Shown here: positions 46,501-59,832 of the stretch, in pieces | How the letters are laid out: every line of letters begins with the position of its first letter | Position numbering within the stretch: the stretch's first letter is position 1 | Assembly: GCA_003693705.1 (NCBI GenBank) | Contig: RBZT01000623.1 | Location: forward strand, 1 to 64,000 | Length of the DNA: 64,000 nucleotides | Origin: Polymyxa betae A26-41 | Taxonomy: Eukaryota; Protista; Endomyxa: Phytomyxea | Reading direction: 5' to 3' | Made by a program: the position numbers and the translations under genes | The notes under the pieces: model-generated | The model's database searches: none | What the model saw: only the letters and a program-made list of their open reading frames with translations | Told to the model about the DNA's origin: nothing

Positions 46501-47593
46501 GATAATTGTATTAGAATTTTTCGGTCGGCTGAAGGTCAGATCAATGCTATCACGAGGAATATTTTTAACGAACTTGTTCAGGGATTAAAAGGCGACAAGC
46601 TTGAGCAAGGTAAGCCTAATATAAAAATGATCGATTCGTTTCTGAGTCTTTCTTTGTAGCTATTGTAAACGGTCTGCGAGATGTCGAACTTCTCAATGTT
46701 CGTCACAAATTCGCCATGCAATATTCTGGGGGTCCGATACGTCGGCTCAGCTCAAACCTGTTCTCAATTCGCTGTAGGGATGAAGAGGCGCCTTTGCGTA
46801 GCGATTGCATTCGTCGGCAAACCGAGAGTTGTTCTCTTAGATGAACCTACAACGTTTGCTGAATTATGTTGGCGTTTTTCTAAACATTGTTGAGGATTTT
46901 CTAGTGGTTTGGATCCAGCCGCAAGAAGGAACCTCTGGCGAGTTATTTGTCGCTACAAAGAGCAATGCGCATTAATGCTGACAACACACAGGTTGGTCAA
47001 TGTTCTTTATGTTTTCTCGCTGCTAAATACTGTCAGCATGGAGGAAGCTGAAAATTTGTGTGATCGAGTGGGAATCTTCGAACGGGGCTCTCTTCGGTGT
47101 ATCGGTATAACCTTTAGTGAACTCTGCCTCCGACTTTGTTAAGGCGATTGTTAGGCACATGCTCTGACTTGAAGCAGCGCTTCGAGCAGGGCTACAAACT
47201 AATGTTAACCACAGACGCCAAGCACGAAAACGAGATCGATTTGTTCGTACATCGAATCGCACCCGACGCTGTCTTGCTTAACAAGTCTGTGTTTAAGCAA
47301 TCCAAACTTAATTCAAACGCCTGATCTGTTCTAGACTGGGCGGCGCTCTAGCCTACGAAGTGCCACGGGTTAGTACACAGCTGTCGGTGATCTTTCGCGA
47401 AATGGAGGCTCAGAAGACGACGCTTGGCATTATCGACTGGTGTATTGCAAACACCAGTAAGCTCACGTAAGGTTCTGTTTTCACGTCTCTAAAGTTGGTT
47501 GCAGCGCTGGAAGAGGTGTTCGTTCGAATCGCTACCGGTAAATACAAAGCACGTAAACAAAGCGGCAGTCCTTACCATGGCATACTACATTAA
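43557..47593 (+). CDS. Half-size ABCA transporter (more than 20 introns)
   Basis: [37 protein letters not shown], Walker [59 protein letters not shown]. Confidence 0.92.
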
Positions 47594-48828
47594 TATCAGT
47601 TTTTGCTGCTGCTGTCGGAATTCGTGATCCGCCCGAGCATATTCGTCCCGGAACTTCTCCATTAGCTTCTTGAAATCGGAGCGATCTTGTTCGCACCTGG
47701 GTGCCGCAATCCAGTTGATCGGCTGCTCTGACGGCTGGAAAGTGATGCGGTCGTTATAGCCGACATTCGCGCTTCGATTGCTGCCGTCTATATACAGCTT
47801 TGCCGAAGTCATTCGGGGAATCAACTCGAGATCGTTCTCAAACAATCTGAAACAAACACAATCAATCTGACGCCGTTTCCGAAACGGAAAACGAACCCGC
47901 CGATGATCGGAAGTTCGCCTGAACCGATCGATGGCGGGAACAGTTCTCGAACACGATATTGCAGGAGCCGGGACGACCACGGCTGTATGCAGCCGCCGGC
48001 TGAAAGTATCCCGGCCGTACTACCAGCGGGCGTGGCGATCCAGACCCCGGACGATTTCTGGATCTGGTCCTGGCTGCCCTTCCTGATCGTATAGCTTTCA
48101 ATGTCAGCTCGCAATCCGGGTGAGATCGAGCTCGATGGGCGTACTATAAGGTCGTGGCAGCATTGCTTGCTGCGAATAGGGCGTCGTTCAGGACCAGAAC
48201 CGGGTGCTTGACGCCGTTGATCAGGATGCGCATCCGCCAGAGAGATCGTGGGCCGATCTTGCCTGCCAACAGCATCTCGAACAGCTCAGGGAATCCGGAG
48301 GCGTCGGCAGCGCAGTAGAATCCGAACGACGATTCCGGCGATGAGCTGAGTAAACCATTCAGGCGAGTGAAATCGGTTTGCCGGCGATCTTCACTTGATG
48401 CCGAGAAGGGGTGTGCTTTCCAATTCGTGGAAGTGATGCGATGCTCGAAGGAAGGTGCCGTCGCCGCCGACAGAGATGACGAGCTGGGCCCAATCGATAT
48501 CGTCTTTGTTCAGGCTCTCTTTCATACGAATCGTGACTCGTTGCGATTTCAGATACGAGCATACCTGAACAGATTATTGAGTCGATTATTGTAGAGAAAA
48601 CGAACAGCATACAAAGTCGGTAGTCTTGGTATGCGATTCATGTGCAGCGACGACTTTATCATCGACCAAAGCTTGCAGGCGTGATTGCCCGCTTGCCACC
48701 GTCTGCCCGGTCTGACGCAGCTTCTCCAGAAACGTCACCTAGATCAGATCGGCTACCAGGCGGCAACATAGCCCCGGCGTTGGTACCTTCCTGAGAATGG
48801 CGACGCGGCTGATCGGGAACGCCACCAT
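47585..48828 (-). CDS. NAD(H) kinase (NADK2/plant NADK3-like), about 6 exons
   Basis: VISVGGDGTFLRASH, LLGINS.P..SFGFYC, VLND, SSGVWIATPAGSTA..SAGG, LQYRVRE. Confidence 0.9.
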
Positions 48829-49571
48829 CCGCTGCTGCCTGGAGGCGACGTCACGGCCGCCGACACGAAACAAGACGCACTTTTAACAAATGTTTTGTGT
48901 AAATCGTGTCTCGCTGAGAGCGGCGATTGACAATCTGCAAATAGGCTTCATGAAATCCATTTCTGTCTTGTTTTTCTGCTGAGCTTTCAGTTTCGTCTTA
49001 TCGTAGGATTCCATCAAAACTGTGCCACTTTATTGTCTGTTAGGTTAAAAGCTGCAAAACGTCAAATCAAAGATTTCATCGGATGTTGAAGCTTGCAAAA
49101 CTGTCCCAACAAAACGACATTTTCATCCCCGAACCATGAATGATCAACATCGATCAAAACTGAGACGAAAACCAGTCGCTGACAGGATTATTCAAGCAAG
49201 GAATACAATACGGTTTTCAAGTCAAGAAGGACTGTGGGCGTTCTGCATTCTCCTTGTGTGATTTTTCTGGTGCACTTTCATGTTAACTGTAGAGGTTCTT
49301 GTTGGAACGAATGCTATTTAGGTCGAAAAATCTGTTCGATTGATACGTTGATACCATCAGCAGAATGCCAGACTGATAGTTAGGTAATATGTGACATACG
49401 AACTATAAGCATCGAGAAACGTCTGATAACAACCAACGATAATAAAGATGCGGCGGGCTGTAGGGTTTTAGGGTTTTAGCTCCGCCTGTAAAGAGGCGCT
49501 CTATCAGACTAGTTCATCAGAGTTGGTGATCACGATCATTGGATAGCCGGACGGCTGGCCAGGTCGTCGCC

Positions 49572-50540
49572 ATGGCCAGGAGTGTTCTCTTGAAGAATGG
49601 CAACGCCTGCGTCATCCAGAGCAGCATGCGAGAGTTCTTGCTTGAATCGCCTCGAGGCATCTTGTCTCGATCGTCATTCGCCTTAGATTGTTCATATCTT
49701 ATTAGGTGCCTATACTGTCATGAGAACTATCAATCGATGCCGCCAAATCGTCTGTTTTGATTATCATGTTCAGCGGTTGTCATCATCAACCGATGCCATG
49801 ATTCACGAGCATCTTAATCCTGGCTCGCTGTCAAATCGCATTCTTGAAAACATTCGTAATGGCATTTCTTTATTCGACGAAAAAGACGAAAACTTGACGA
49901 TCGCCGTTCTCGTTCCTACCGAAGGTCTCTCAAACTTTACTTTCGAAATTTTCAAATCTTTAACAAAATTGTAGGGCATGATATGAACAATCCTGTTCCT
50001 ATATGGCTTCATCTATCTCCATTTCGTCATAAACAAAGGTTGAGCGTTACGGTTGAAGGTATGAGAGCTTCGAGAAAGCAGTTCGGGACGACGAAAGACA
50101 GTTTATGGGCCAAGATGCGTCAAGATCTCCTGAAAGCTAAACACAGCGATGTGAACGAAGTCGTTCTGATCGATGATGACGATCGCTTGCTGGAAGGTCT
50201 CAGCAGTAATGTTTTCGTTGTTAACGCTGAAGGTCGATTACAAACCGCTCCGGTGGCCGATGGGATTATCGCCGGAACCATTCGCGAGGTGTTGTTAGCA
50301 GCTTGCAAAGCGAACCAAATCGAGGTCGTCGAACAATCACCCGATTGGAACCAGCGCCGGTCTTGGAAAGGCGCCTTCCTCACATCGACCTCGCGATTGG
50401 TTCTACCAATCCACGAAATCTTGGATTCCGTGTCCGGCGACGATTCCGTGAAATTCGCGGCCATTCCTGAAATCATTCATCGATGCTGTGAACTCACAGA
50501 AACCGATATCGGAAAGCATTGTCGTAACATCTATGATTGA
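49572..50540 (+). CDS. Class IV (D-amino-acid aminotransferase-like) PLP enzyme
   Basis: FLLESPR|GAYTVMRT..FDYHVQRL, KDSLW, EVVLID..LLEGLSSNVFVV, IIAGTIR, AFLTSTSRLVLPI. The first intron is GC-AG. Confidence 0.82.
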
Positions 50541-50563
50541 TTGTCTTAAGCCCTGCTATATAA

Positions 50564-51677
50564 TTATATATCGAATCTCATTCTTTCCATTAAACAAGAA
50601 GTCGATAAGAGAACGGCCGGTTCGATATCTTGCTGGGCCTTGTGATGTAGCGCCGTGATGGCCGACCTCGTCAACGGACGACATTCCGGCATCACAAACG
50701 CCTGAATCAGGCCCCGTACTAGAAGCAGTTCCAGATCCAACATCGAGAACGACTGCGAGAAGAACGTCTGCTTCTCGTGAGGCGGATCCCAGATGTGTCT
50801 CGTGAACGGCCTATACAAGCCTGTATCATCGGAACATAACCTGCAAACAGAAAATCTTCAGAATCGATGCGAATTCGAAAGTGCAACAGACCTGATGCTG
50901 AGGATACAGAAATTCGAAATGGCCGCCAGCGACAGTTTCGGCATGGCCACGACGAACTTCGCTAATACCGACCGTACTAGCCCCAATGGGTGGTTAGAGA
51001 ACGAAACGAACGAGGAAACCGTGACGGCTGACCGAGCTTGAATCCCCCGATGATCGAGGTCTCCACGTGTTCGTCGATATCGGTCGAGGGCGCCGATCCG
51101 ACCCTGGATCGAATATCGTGATCGCGGAGGCGATTCACTGTCAGCGCCTGTTGAAGTTTCTGCCCTTCGACGGGTTTATGATAGATAGAGCCCACTGATA
51201 GATCAGGGACGGGCGTCTCTAATTGGAATCGCTCGTCTAACGACCCATTCGCATATTGATGCTCGCAGATGGCCTGCAGCAGGACGCCGACCGCCGACGA
51301 TGGCTCCGACGAATTCAGCCGTCGGATGAAGACCCAGGCGATGGTCGGGACGAACTGCAGGACGAACTCGGCGAGGGAATCGTGGCCGCCGACCAGCTCG
51401 AAAAGCCATTTCGTTAAGAGCGGCGACGAATCATGGAGTATGCAGGAATTGATGGTCGTCGTCAAGTCGGGATTCGAAACCAGCGCCGATAGAAGCGTCG
51501 TCGGGTTCAATTCCTGGGCATCTTTAGCAAGGTTTGGAACAGAATCAGACGAGCGACCTTCAAGGCTGTCATGGCGGCAGCCAGGGCGGACTCGTCGTTA
51601 CCGTCCAGAGCCGAGTTCAGCCTGGCTACCAAGGAGGCGCTTGAGTCGACAGCAGCGACCATCTCCAGCGCCGCCAT
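50564..51677 (-). CDS. Hyccin/FAM126-like PI4KA complex subunit (about 4 exons)
   Basis: WLFE..FVLQFVPTIAWVFI..VGVLLQAI..PDLSVGSIYHKP, and C-terminal AITALHHKAQQDIEPAVLL. Confidence 0.75.
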
Positions 51678-51778
51678 CGTTATTGCAATGAGCAACAGGC
51701 GACTGATGAAGGTGGACGCAGCCTCACACAGACAACTCGAAACCCTAAAACCCTAAACCCTGTTTTTAAATTATTTTT

Positions 51779-52702
51779 TTATCGATGATCGTCAAAGATT
51801 CTGACGGAGACCTGGCCCATGTATAGTCTCTGGAGAGGTTCCCATTTCGCTGCGCCGGATGGGTAGAGCAGACCAGCAGGTCCACCGGGTCTTTGGGCGC
51901 CATGGGCGCCTTTTGCTGTAACCAGGAACACCATCGATTGATTCAGATCCAGGAAGATGTTCTGGGATTGGTTCTCCCAGATGCATATTGGCGTCCTTCT
52001 GGTGAACGCGTGCATAATCCGTCGTGATCCGCCACGAATTTCAAACCGGATTCCTTTCGTCGCCGTCGGGACGGTCTTCTCGTCAATATAGAGAAGGCGT
52101 ATCTCGGGTAAGCGATGCGATGTTAAGCTTCGAAAACGGTTCATCAATAGCACGACGCCATTCGTAAAACAGAAGCGAGACGTCTCTTCAACCTGCTCCC
52201 AGCCCGATCCTTGAATTTGGTCAGAGAGAGGGTCGAACAAGGCGACATTCGTAATCTGGACGCTCAAGTAATTCTCGCTGCCATGATATGGAGTGTAAAA
52301 CTGCCCAAAATAAGGCCCAGATATGACAGCTGAATCATAACTTGCTGCTTGCCAATTCCAGTACAACTGAGCAATCCAGGTGACGAGCTCGCCCGGCTTC
52401 GCAAACGAGATGCGGCGATAGGAATCGTTGGAGTTCAGCAAGAACTTGATGTAGCTCTGAGAGCCGGCTGCTTCTGCTAACCGCAGGATATCAGACTCAT
52501 CAAGACAGGCTAGAACCATGGCTGAAGAGATATGACAGAGAGGCGTAACTCGATAGAGGAAATCTCGGGCTCTCTGTCGGGCCTCATTCCACCAGGTTTT
52601 AGGCAGAGGGGCGGCTTCCCATTCGCCGAGATCGGGGATCTGGCCAAAGCTGTTGATATCAACGACCGGTACGCCACGCGAGTTCAGCCGAAATCCTCCC
52701 AT
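51779..52702 (-). CDS. Hypothetical intronless protein (about 307-331 aa)
   Basis: Long uninterrupted ORF (51779-52774) with globular-type composition; no recognised motif. Confidence 0.6.
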   Translation of the reverse strand: MGGFRLNSRGVPVVDINSFGQIPDLGEWEAAPLPKTWWNEARQRARDFLYRVTPLCHISSAMVLACLDESDILRLAEAAGSQSYIKFLLNSNDSYRRISFAKPGELVTWIAQLYWNWQAASYDSAVISGPYFGQFYTPYHGSENYLSVQITNVALFDPLSDQIQGSGWEQVEETSRFCFTNGVVLLMNRFRSLTSHRLPEIRLLYIDEKTVPTATKGIRFEIRGGSRRIMHAFTRRTPICIWENQSQNIFLDLNQSMVFLVTAKGAHGAQRPGGPAGLLYPSGAAKWEPLQRLYMGQVSVRIFDDHR

Positions 52703-53273
52703 AATGAAGAGATGCCTTGCTTGATGGTAGATGGGTTGATTGTGAAGCTGTTTGGAGAAATGGTCGTTTGGCATGGTCGAACGAAGGGATTAAGTAGCAA
52801 CTCGGCCAAGCTGAGCCATAGAACTGACCGACTTCTACCAACACTGCTTATGATCGCTTTCGGCAGAACAAAGGCATTCGAAATCACGACAATTTGATAA
52901 TGGCTGAAAAGAAGCTGAATTCTGATAAACATCGCTGAATACTTATACACAAAAGTCATCGATTGCAAAATAGAAACAGCTTTATCAATGTGATACCAGA
53001 TGCATACCAAGGTTGTCGTGTGATGTCAGGATCGCTGCACTCCAAGCACAGCAGGAACAGTAGATGGTGCGTCATGATTGACGTGCGAATAGCCAGAATT
53101 GAGCCTGCCGGTGACATACTCCACGTGGTGCTTTCTGAACGACGACAAACCCAAACCAGAAGCCTCCATAAAGCGACATGGCGCTGGGAGTGATTTTAGG
53201 GTTTGTAAACGTTACAATTGCAGTGAGAAAACTGCGTCGAAATGGTCTGTATGTTTCTCGATTAAATTTAAAC

Positions 53274-54326
53274 ATGTTGGCGGCGGCGATTCGTCTAAGA
53301 GCCAAAAGGCCCCTACTGAATCGAGTCGGTGTCCGATACAGCTCGGCGACAGCGTCTGGAATTATCCCAGTTGCAGATATCGCTGATGACGCTGGCGCTG
53401 GAGCTGCCGTTACCGATGTTGCCGCCTCAAGTCCTTGGTATCATGCCGGGGCTGATGCTATCCAGAACTTAATGGATTTCGTCCACACAAATACTGGCCT
53501 GCCATGGTGGGCGACAATCGTTGCGACTACTGTTGGCATTCGGCTGATGATGTCGCCGATGGCCATTCCTCAGCTTCGAGCGAGTTCCCGGATGGCTATT
53601 ATTCGCCCTGAACTTATGAGAACTCAAGAAAAATTTAAGCAAATTGCTCAGCCAACCCAGGACCAAGTTCAGCAGATGCAGATGGAGACTTGGGCGCTTT
53701 TTAAACAATATGATGTTCATCCCTTTAAGGTATATAGCTCGATTCACTTTTGTGTTGGTGGCAATTCATCACCTTGCAGTCGTTGAAATTCGCATTCTTA
53801 CAAATGCCTGTGTTTCTATCCTTCTTCGTTGCTCTTCGAGAATTGGGAACTCGTTTCCCTGAAACTAAGACTGGAGGTGCGCTTTGGTTTACTGATTTAA
53901 CGGCTGCCGACCCGTATTTCCTTCTGCCCGTTCTCTCTTCCGCTACATTCTTGCTCACGATGGAGCTTGGAACCGGTAGATTTCCGTCTAGAAGCCGCGT
54001 TGACATTGAGGCTAAACTGTTTTTTAGAGGGCGTCACTCTTGATCCCAAAATGAAGACCATGTTTCGCGGGCTGGGTGCCTTAATGATTCCTTTAACGTA
54101 CACGTTCCCGCAAGGTCTGTTCATCTATTGGATTACCAACAGTCTGTATGCGATCTGTCAAGTTCGCACGCTGCGATCAAACTGGGCCCGAAGACTATTC
54201 CGCATTCCAGATGCGAATCATCCTGATGCCTTGAAGCTGCTCCAGACCAACTCAGTTGCCCAAACGGTGGAGATCATCCCTAACCGGCCTTTCAAAGTTA
54301 AAGAACAACACCCATCTGCTGCTTAA
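53274..54326 (+). CDS. OXA1: Mitochondrial insertase Oxa1/YidC family (3 exons)
   Basis: Presequence; VHTNTGLPWWATIV..IRL, QMPVFLSFFVALR, GGALWFTDLTAADPYFLLP, FIYWITNS. Confidence 0.9.
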
Positions 54327-54454
54327 ATGTTAAAATAATATCGAAATATGTAAAGTATCTCAGTATATAAACACCAGAGATAGTGAAAATAATGAAGGAA
54401 AATATAAGTGTATTCTGTATAGACGGGAAAATTCTGGCAGTTTCGAGAGTGGAA

Positions 54455-54925
<471 letters not shown>

Positions 54926-55100
54926 AGTTGATGCAGAACTGGAATCGAGAGACGGACGATCAGAAGAGGGTTACGGATCCCGTGACGGACTTTTATCAGA
55001 CAATTAGGGGATCGGGCATATAATTCACCAAAGTTCTATTTACTGGATTTCACATTCAAACAATGCTAACGACATGGAGTTGTTGGAATTTTAGTCAAAC

Positions 55101-58100
55101 TTAGTTAAATGATTCGAATAGGTGGACGAGGTCTTGTTGAGATGCAGTTCCATCATCATGATGTCCGGAAGACTGTATGGCTCCATGAGCCAGTGCAATT
55201 TTCTTGTTCTGTAGCTCGAGGATCCTAGTCTCGATTGACTGTGATACAACAAACCGTCTAACCTTAACCGGCTTCGTTTGGCCTAAGGTTGTTGGTGAGA
55301 ACAAATCGGGAGAAATCCAGTTCTTTTCTCACCAATTCTGTGTATGCGATCTATAGCTTGAGCGTCAATAGCAGGATTCCACTATAAATGGATGAATGAC
55401 TTGCTCGTGAATAGTGAATGAAACGCTTACCCAAATGTCAAGCAATATCACGTTAGAGGCTACGACCAAATTTAGACCGACACCACCAACTTTTAAAGAG
55501 CACAGCAGTATTCGATATTCGGAATCAGGTGAAGTGAACTGATTTAAGACTTTTTCTCTGGCACGCTGGCTCAGGCTACCATCCAGTCGAAGGTACCGAT
55601 GATTGTCCTCGGAAAGGGCCTTCTCCACCAAGTCCAACTAAAAGTTCGTAAATAAAACAGATAGCAGAATTTTTTGAAATTACCATAGAAGCCCACTGCG
55701 AAAAGACAACGGTTTTGCTTTCCGGGTCGGCAGAATGCAGTTCTGTAATCTCAGAAAGAAGACGCTTCGTTTTGGAGCTGTGTCGCCAATCCTTGCTAAG
55801 ATCAACCTCAGCAGCTACAAAAACAATCAAAAGGTTGGCCTCTACGTGACTGGAACAATTACCTTTGGTTACAAACCCATTGAGAAGCTGATGCTTTTTT
55901 ATATGATTTCTGCAAATTGGGCAAAGCACGATTCTTTTCTTGGCGAAAAGAAGCGTACTGCATTCACGACACATTCTGAAAATATAGTTCAGCTTCTATC
56001 TCAAAGATGAAGAAACAGAGCCTTACACATGCCCACAATGAGTAAACACCGGATCAACGACATCATCAAGACTAAGTGAATGTAGATGATTTTACAGCTT
56101 GTTACATGATTAACGCTCCTACCAGATAGGACATTCCAAATCGTTGCCAGATTCACCTGACTTTAGTTCCGAAGAGAGATTTTCCATATAAGCCTGCAAC
56201 TAAGTAAGAACTTTCTGCCCGAATGTGATAAAGGTCGAAACCTGTGAAAGGTTAGTTTCGGAGCCAGCGTCGTCGTCTTTGTCTTTAATTTTAGATTTCA
56301 AATTACGTAACAACCTTGAAACGGCATCGGCATATTGTTTAGCACCGCCGTCGGGAGTATATCCCAAGACCTAATCCGAGAGCTAAGAATGGTGTATTTG
56401 CAGTCCAAAAAACGCAGCACTAGCAAGGGATGGCAACAGCACTGACGAAGACGCAAAATCATCTCTAGAACGTTGGTCGTGTTCTTAGAAAATGTTCCTG
56501 ACTCCAAAAGCCCCTAAAACATAATATAGTCATGTACAGCAAAGGAAGCTCTCCTATTGAACATTACGGAAACTTCAGTTCGAGTTTGGTTAAAGAAAGC
56601 ATCATAAAGAGCCCTTTCATCTTCACTTAAAGTAATGTGGACAATCTGCTCGTCGCGTGGTGGCAGGTTTAATAAAGGCTTCCCACTCATATCTTTAGAT
56701 GTCTTGCACCTTCGTAAAAAAAGCGGATGCAGAATCGCTTTCAATCGCTGTAGGGCGATCGGATTGTTCCGTTCATATGGGATTTCAATCTGCGACCTCC
56801 ACCAAGAATATTTGGACCAGGGTTCTTCGCGAAGGAAATGGAACAGACTGAATAGGTCACCTAAGGTTGATGTAAGCCGAGAAGGATGATCAGACGATAA
56901 GTATGAACCTAAATTGTTTTGAATCGGCGTCCCAGTGACAGCAAACCGGGCGCGGGCGTTCAGAGCGAAAACAGCTTTGGCAGTTTGCGTAGATTTGTTC
57001 TTGATGGAATGTGCCTCATCTAAGACGATTCGATCCCAGGTTGATTTAAACAGCACACTTGATTCGGCGTTTCTGAATTCAGATTGCACAGTGCCTATAA
57101 TGTATTAAGCGAATCCACATCGTGTAGAAACCAACTACCGTAGGTCGTTACCAAAACATCGAAATCTGTCGAGCTGAGTTTCCGATCGTTTCCGTAATAA
57201 GTTTCAACGCGAAGGTCTGCACTGAATTACATTTAACTATTCAAATGTGAACGAAACATTACCGGAATGACGTTGCACTTCACAATCCCATTGGGAAAGC
57301 AGCGACATCGGGCACACAACTAATGTTGCTTTGATATAATCGACTTCTTCATCAACTACATAGTCGGGAGTGTCCGATGCCATCAAAGCGATCATTTCGA
57401 CGGTTTTTCCTGAAATTCTGTCAGCAAGAATTCATCCAGTAATCGCAGGCTCGCACCCATTCCCATCTGAAACAGAATCAGTTATAAATCATAGAAAATG
57501 ACAGCGAGCATCGCCTACTTCATCACCAAGGATGCCGCCACAAGATTTCGGTTTGACGTACGGGACATCCAACGAGAATGCAAGAGTCGAGCGGTTCGAG
57601 TAGAAATACTCTTCGCGATCAGGAAACCGGTGCCGTTCCCATTCCGGATCAATTTTGGCGTCTTTATCTGACGGCTTTTCCTCGATTGATTTTTCTCTAC
57701 ATAGCAGCCAGTGAAGGGCCTGCTTTTGGTAAGGCCTCAAAGTGCATTTTAGCTGTGCTGGAGCTTCGGCTTCCGGCAGCTGTTGATGTTCGACATCGAT
57801 AGATTCGTAAAGGGCTTCAAGGTGGAATTTTGCCCTTTCGGTTTCACGATGTGAATTTCTGTATACATTCTCAACAGAAACACCTTCAAGAAGCTGCAGC
57901 AGGTTGAAGAATTGCGATCGTAAATGGGCTTCAGGATCGTATTGCATTTCACCACTAAGATCGTCAATCTTGTTGGTTGTCGACATAAACAGCTTCGGCA
58001 GAACAAATACATGAAGTTCAATTTCCAACGGTGATGATAACGAGATTTTGGCCGGAGCATGCCTAATGACTGCAGAGATTGCAATGTAATGATTGGATAG

Positions 58101-58499
58101 AAGAGGGAGTAATATCTTTGAGACGGCAATATCAAGCTTGCCTATCTCGAGGCGATTCCTGTCGAAATGCCCCAACGGAGGAGGATATTTGCCCTTATAA
58201 GGCAAAGCATTATCAAGCACCAAAAATCGAATCGCCCCATCATCATGCGGCAGCTTGCGCTTCTTCATCTTCGGCACTTCCTTTTTATTCTTTAGAGGGA
58301 ATACCAGCTGAGCCCCAGGCACCACCGATTGCGACGAGAACGACATGGTAATGACACCGCGAGTCTGAAACGATCCCAAACGCTTAGGAAATTCCGCTTC
58401 CGGCTGCGATACAATACCGCCGCCTTGGTCAGGGATCACAGAATCATCATCGTCATCGCTGATACAAATAATCTCTGGGCTGGGCAAATCCGCAATCAT
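55101..58499 (-). CDS. RAD5: RAD5/HLTF-like SNF2 ATPase with HIRAN and RING (many exons; start may extend to 58619)
   Basis: HIRAN-like EIGKL..LLPLL, LRPYQKQALHW, GGILGDE|MG.GKT, WDRIVLDEAH, TGTPIQN, LRLRQCCCHP, RING (CPIC..CGH..CREC..CPIC), VVFSQW, SLKVGGVGLNL, QAIDRIHRIGQ. Confidence 0.92.
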
Positions 58500-58662
58500 T
58501 AGTGGATGATCAGCAATGAGAGAATCTGGAAGTCATTGGAGCGGACTGCGACAAAACAGGGCGGCGCGGCCATCCGGTTCGCTTCTGCCCTGTTCGACTT
58601 GTTGGGCTGTGATTTTCATCGTCTTCCAAATGTTTGAGCAGTTCAAACTATAGCCAAGTACG

Positions 58663-59549
58663 ATGGTTTCGTCTGGGGATGTTATTCACATGGTTGAGAA
58701 TGGAGACTGCTCGTTGTTCGAATCGATGTCGCCGAGTGACTTGATAGCATGGAGAGATTCCGGTAAGCGATCTGCGTTATGGTGATATTTTTGCAAAAAG
58801 GAAGCCGGTTTTAATCCATGTTAGGTGGTCTGTGCGTTGTAATCAGATCATGATGATGAAACGTCTGCTTTCGATTGGCGCTGAAGAAAATTATTCCGAT
58901 TCCATCCCGTTAGTGCATCTTGCTTGTCAATACGGGAGCGACGAGTTGCTGCAACTAGCATCATCCAAATTCAACCTATTTTCTGTTGATAATGCTGGCA
59001 ATACAGTTGCCCATTTGTGTTCATTATTGGGACGTTCTAGAGCCCTACAGATCTGCCTAGATTGTGCTTGGAAATTGAACAACCAAGGATATCAGGAAAA
59101 CTCGCTTGTAAACATCTCAAATAAGGTGATTGCTATTCCGATACGTGATTTTGTAGAATTTACCGTCTCTGTAGTCGAAACAAACAGCGATTGATCTGGC
59201 TTTCAACAACGATCGTTTAGATATCGTGAGGTTACTGATAGGGCGATACGGTGCTCATGTCAAGAAAGGCACGTTTACCTACTGCCTCTTGCATTGTCAA
59301 CCGTCAACAATCTCCTACCTAACTTCTCTGAATCTGGGCGGAGGATATCCTGAATCAATGCTAGTAACTAGCGAGCTAGCCCGTCTCGGTGTCCCACCAT
59401 CCAGGCACGTCATCATCAAAGACGCCATCCATGCAGGCTTTGACCATCGCGTAATTCTCGGCCGTGACCTTCGCCTTTGCCTCTCAGCTTTATTCCAAGA
59501 TGTTCCCAACGCCGTGATCAACCTCATTGTCGACTTCGTATACAAGTGA
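58663..59549 (+). CDS. Ankyrin-repeat protein (3 exons)
   Basis: LVHLACQYG..LL, DNAGNTVAHLC..GR, QTAIDLAF..VRLLI ankyrin-like motifs joined by GT-AG introns. Confidence 0.7.
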
Positions 59550-59832
59550 CATTCACTATGAGAATGTCACGTTATGTTACCCTCTAGGGTTTCAGGGTCG
59601 CAACTACTGAGGTAGGGCAGGGCCTCTCTTTGCTCTTTAGAGTATTTATTTCAGTGGCTTTTTGGCATTGCTGTCCGAGATCCAATTGCAGGATTCAGAG
59701 GTCGACCCGCTCCGTCAGCCTGTCGCCGCCAACGGCCATCTAACCATTCTCTCGGTCAAAAGCGTCGCCAATTATCTTGGGCAGCCGATCTGTTCGACGC
59801 CGAGAGCGACGCCCAGCGGCACCTGGGGTCTG

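Noticed and set aside
49136-49183. Additional C/D snoRNA candidates (also 21909-21977 and 60245-60310)
   Set aside because: Imperfect box C or D and no convincing rRNA complement of 10 nt or more next to a D/D' box.
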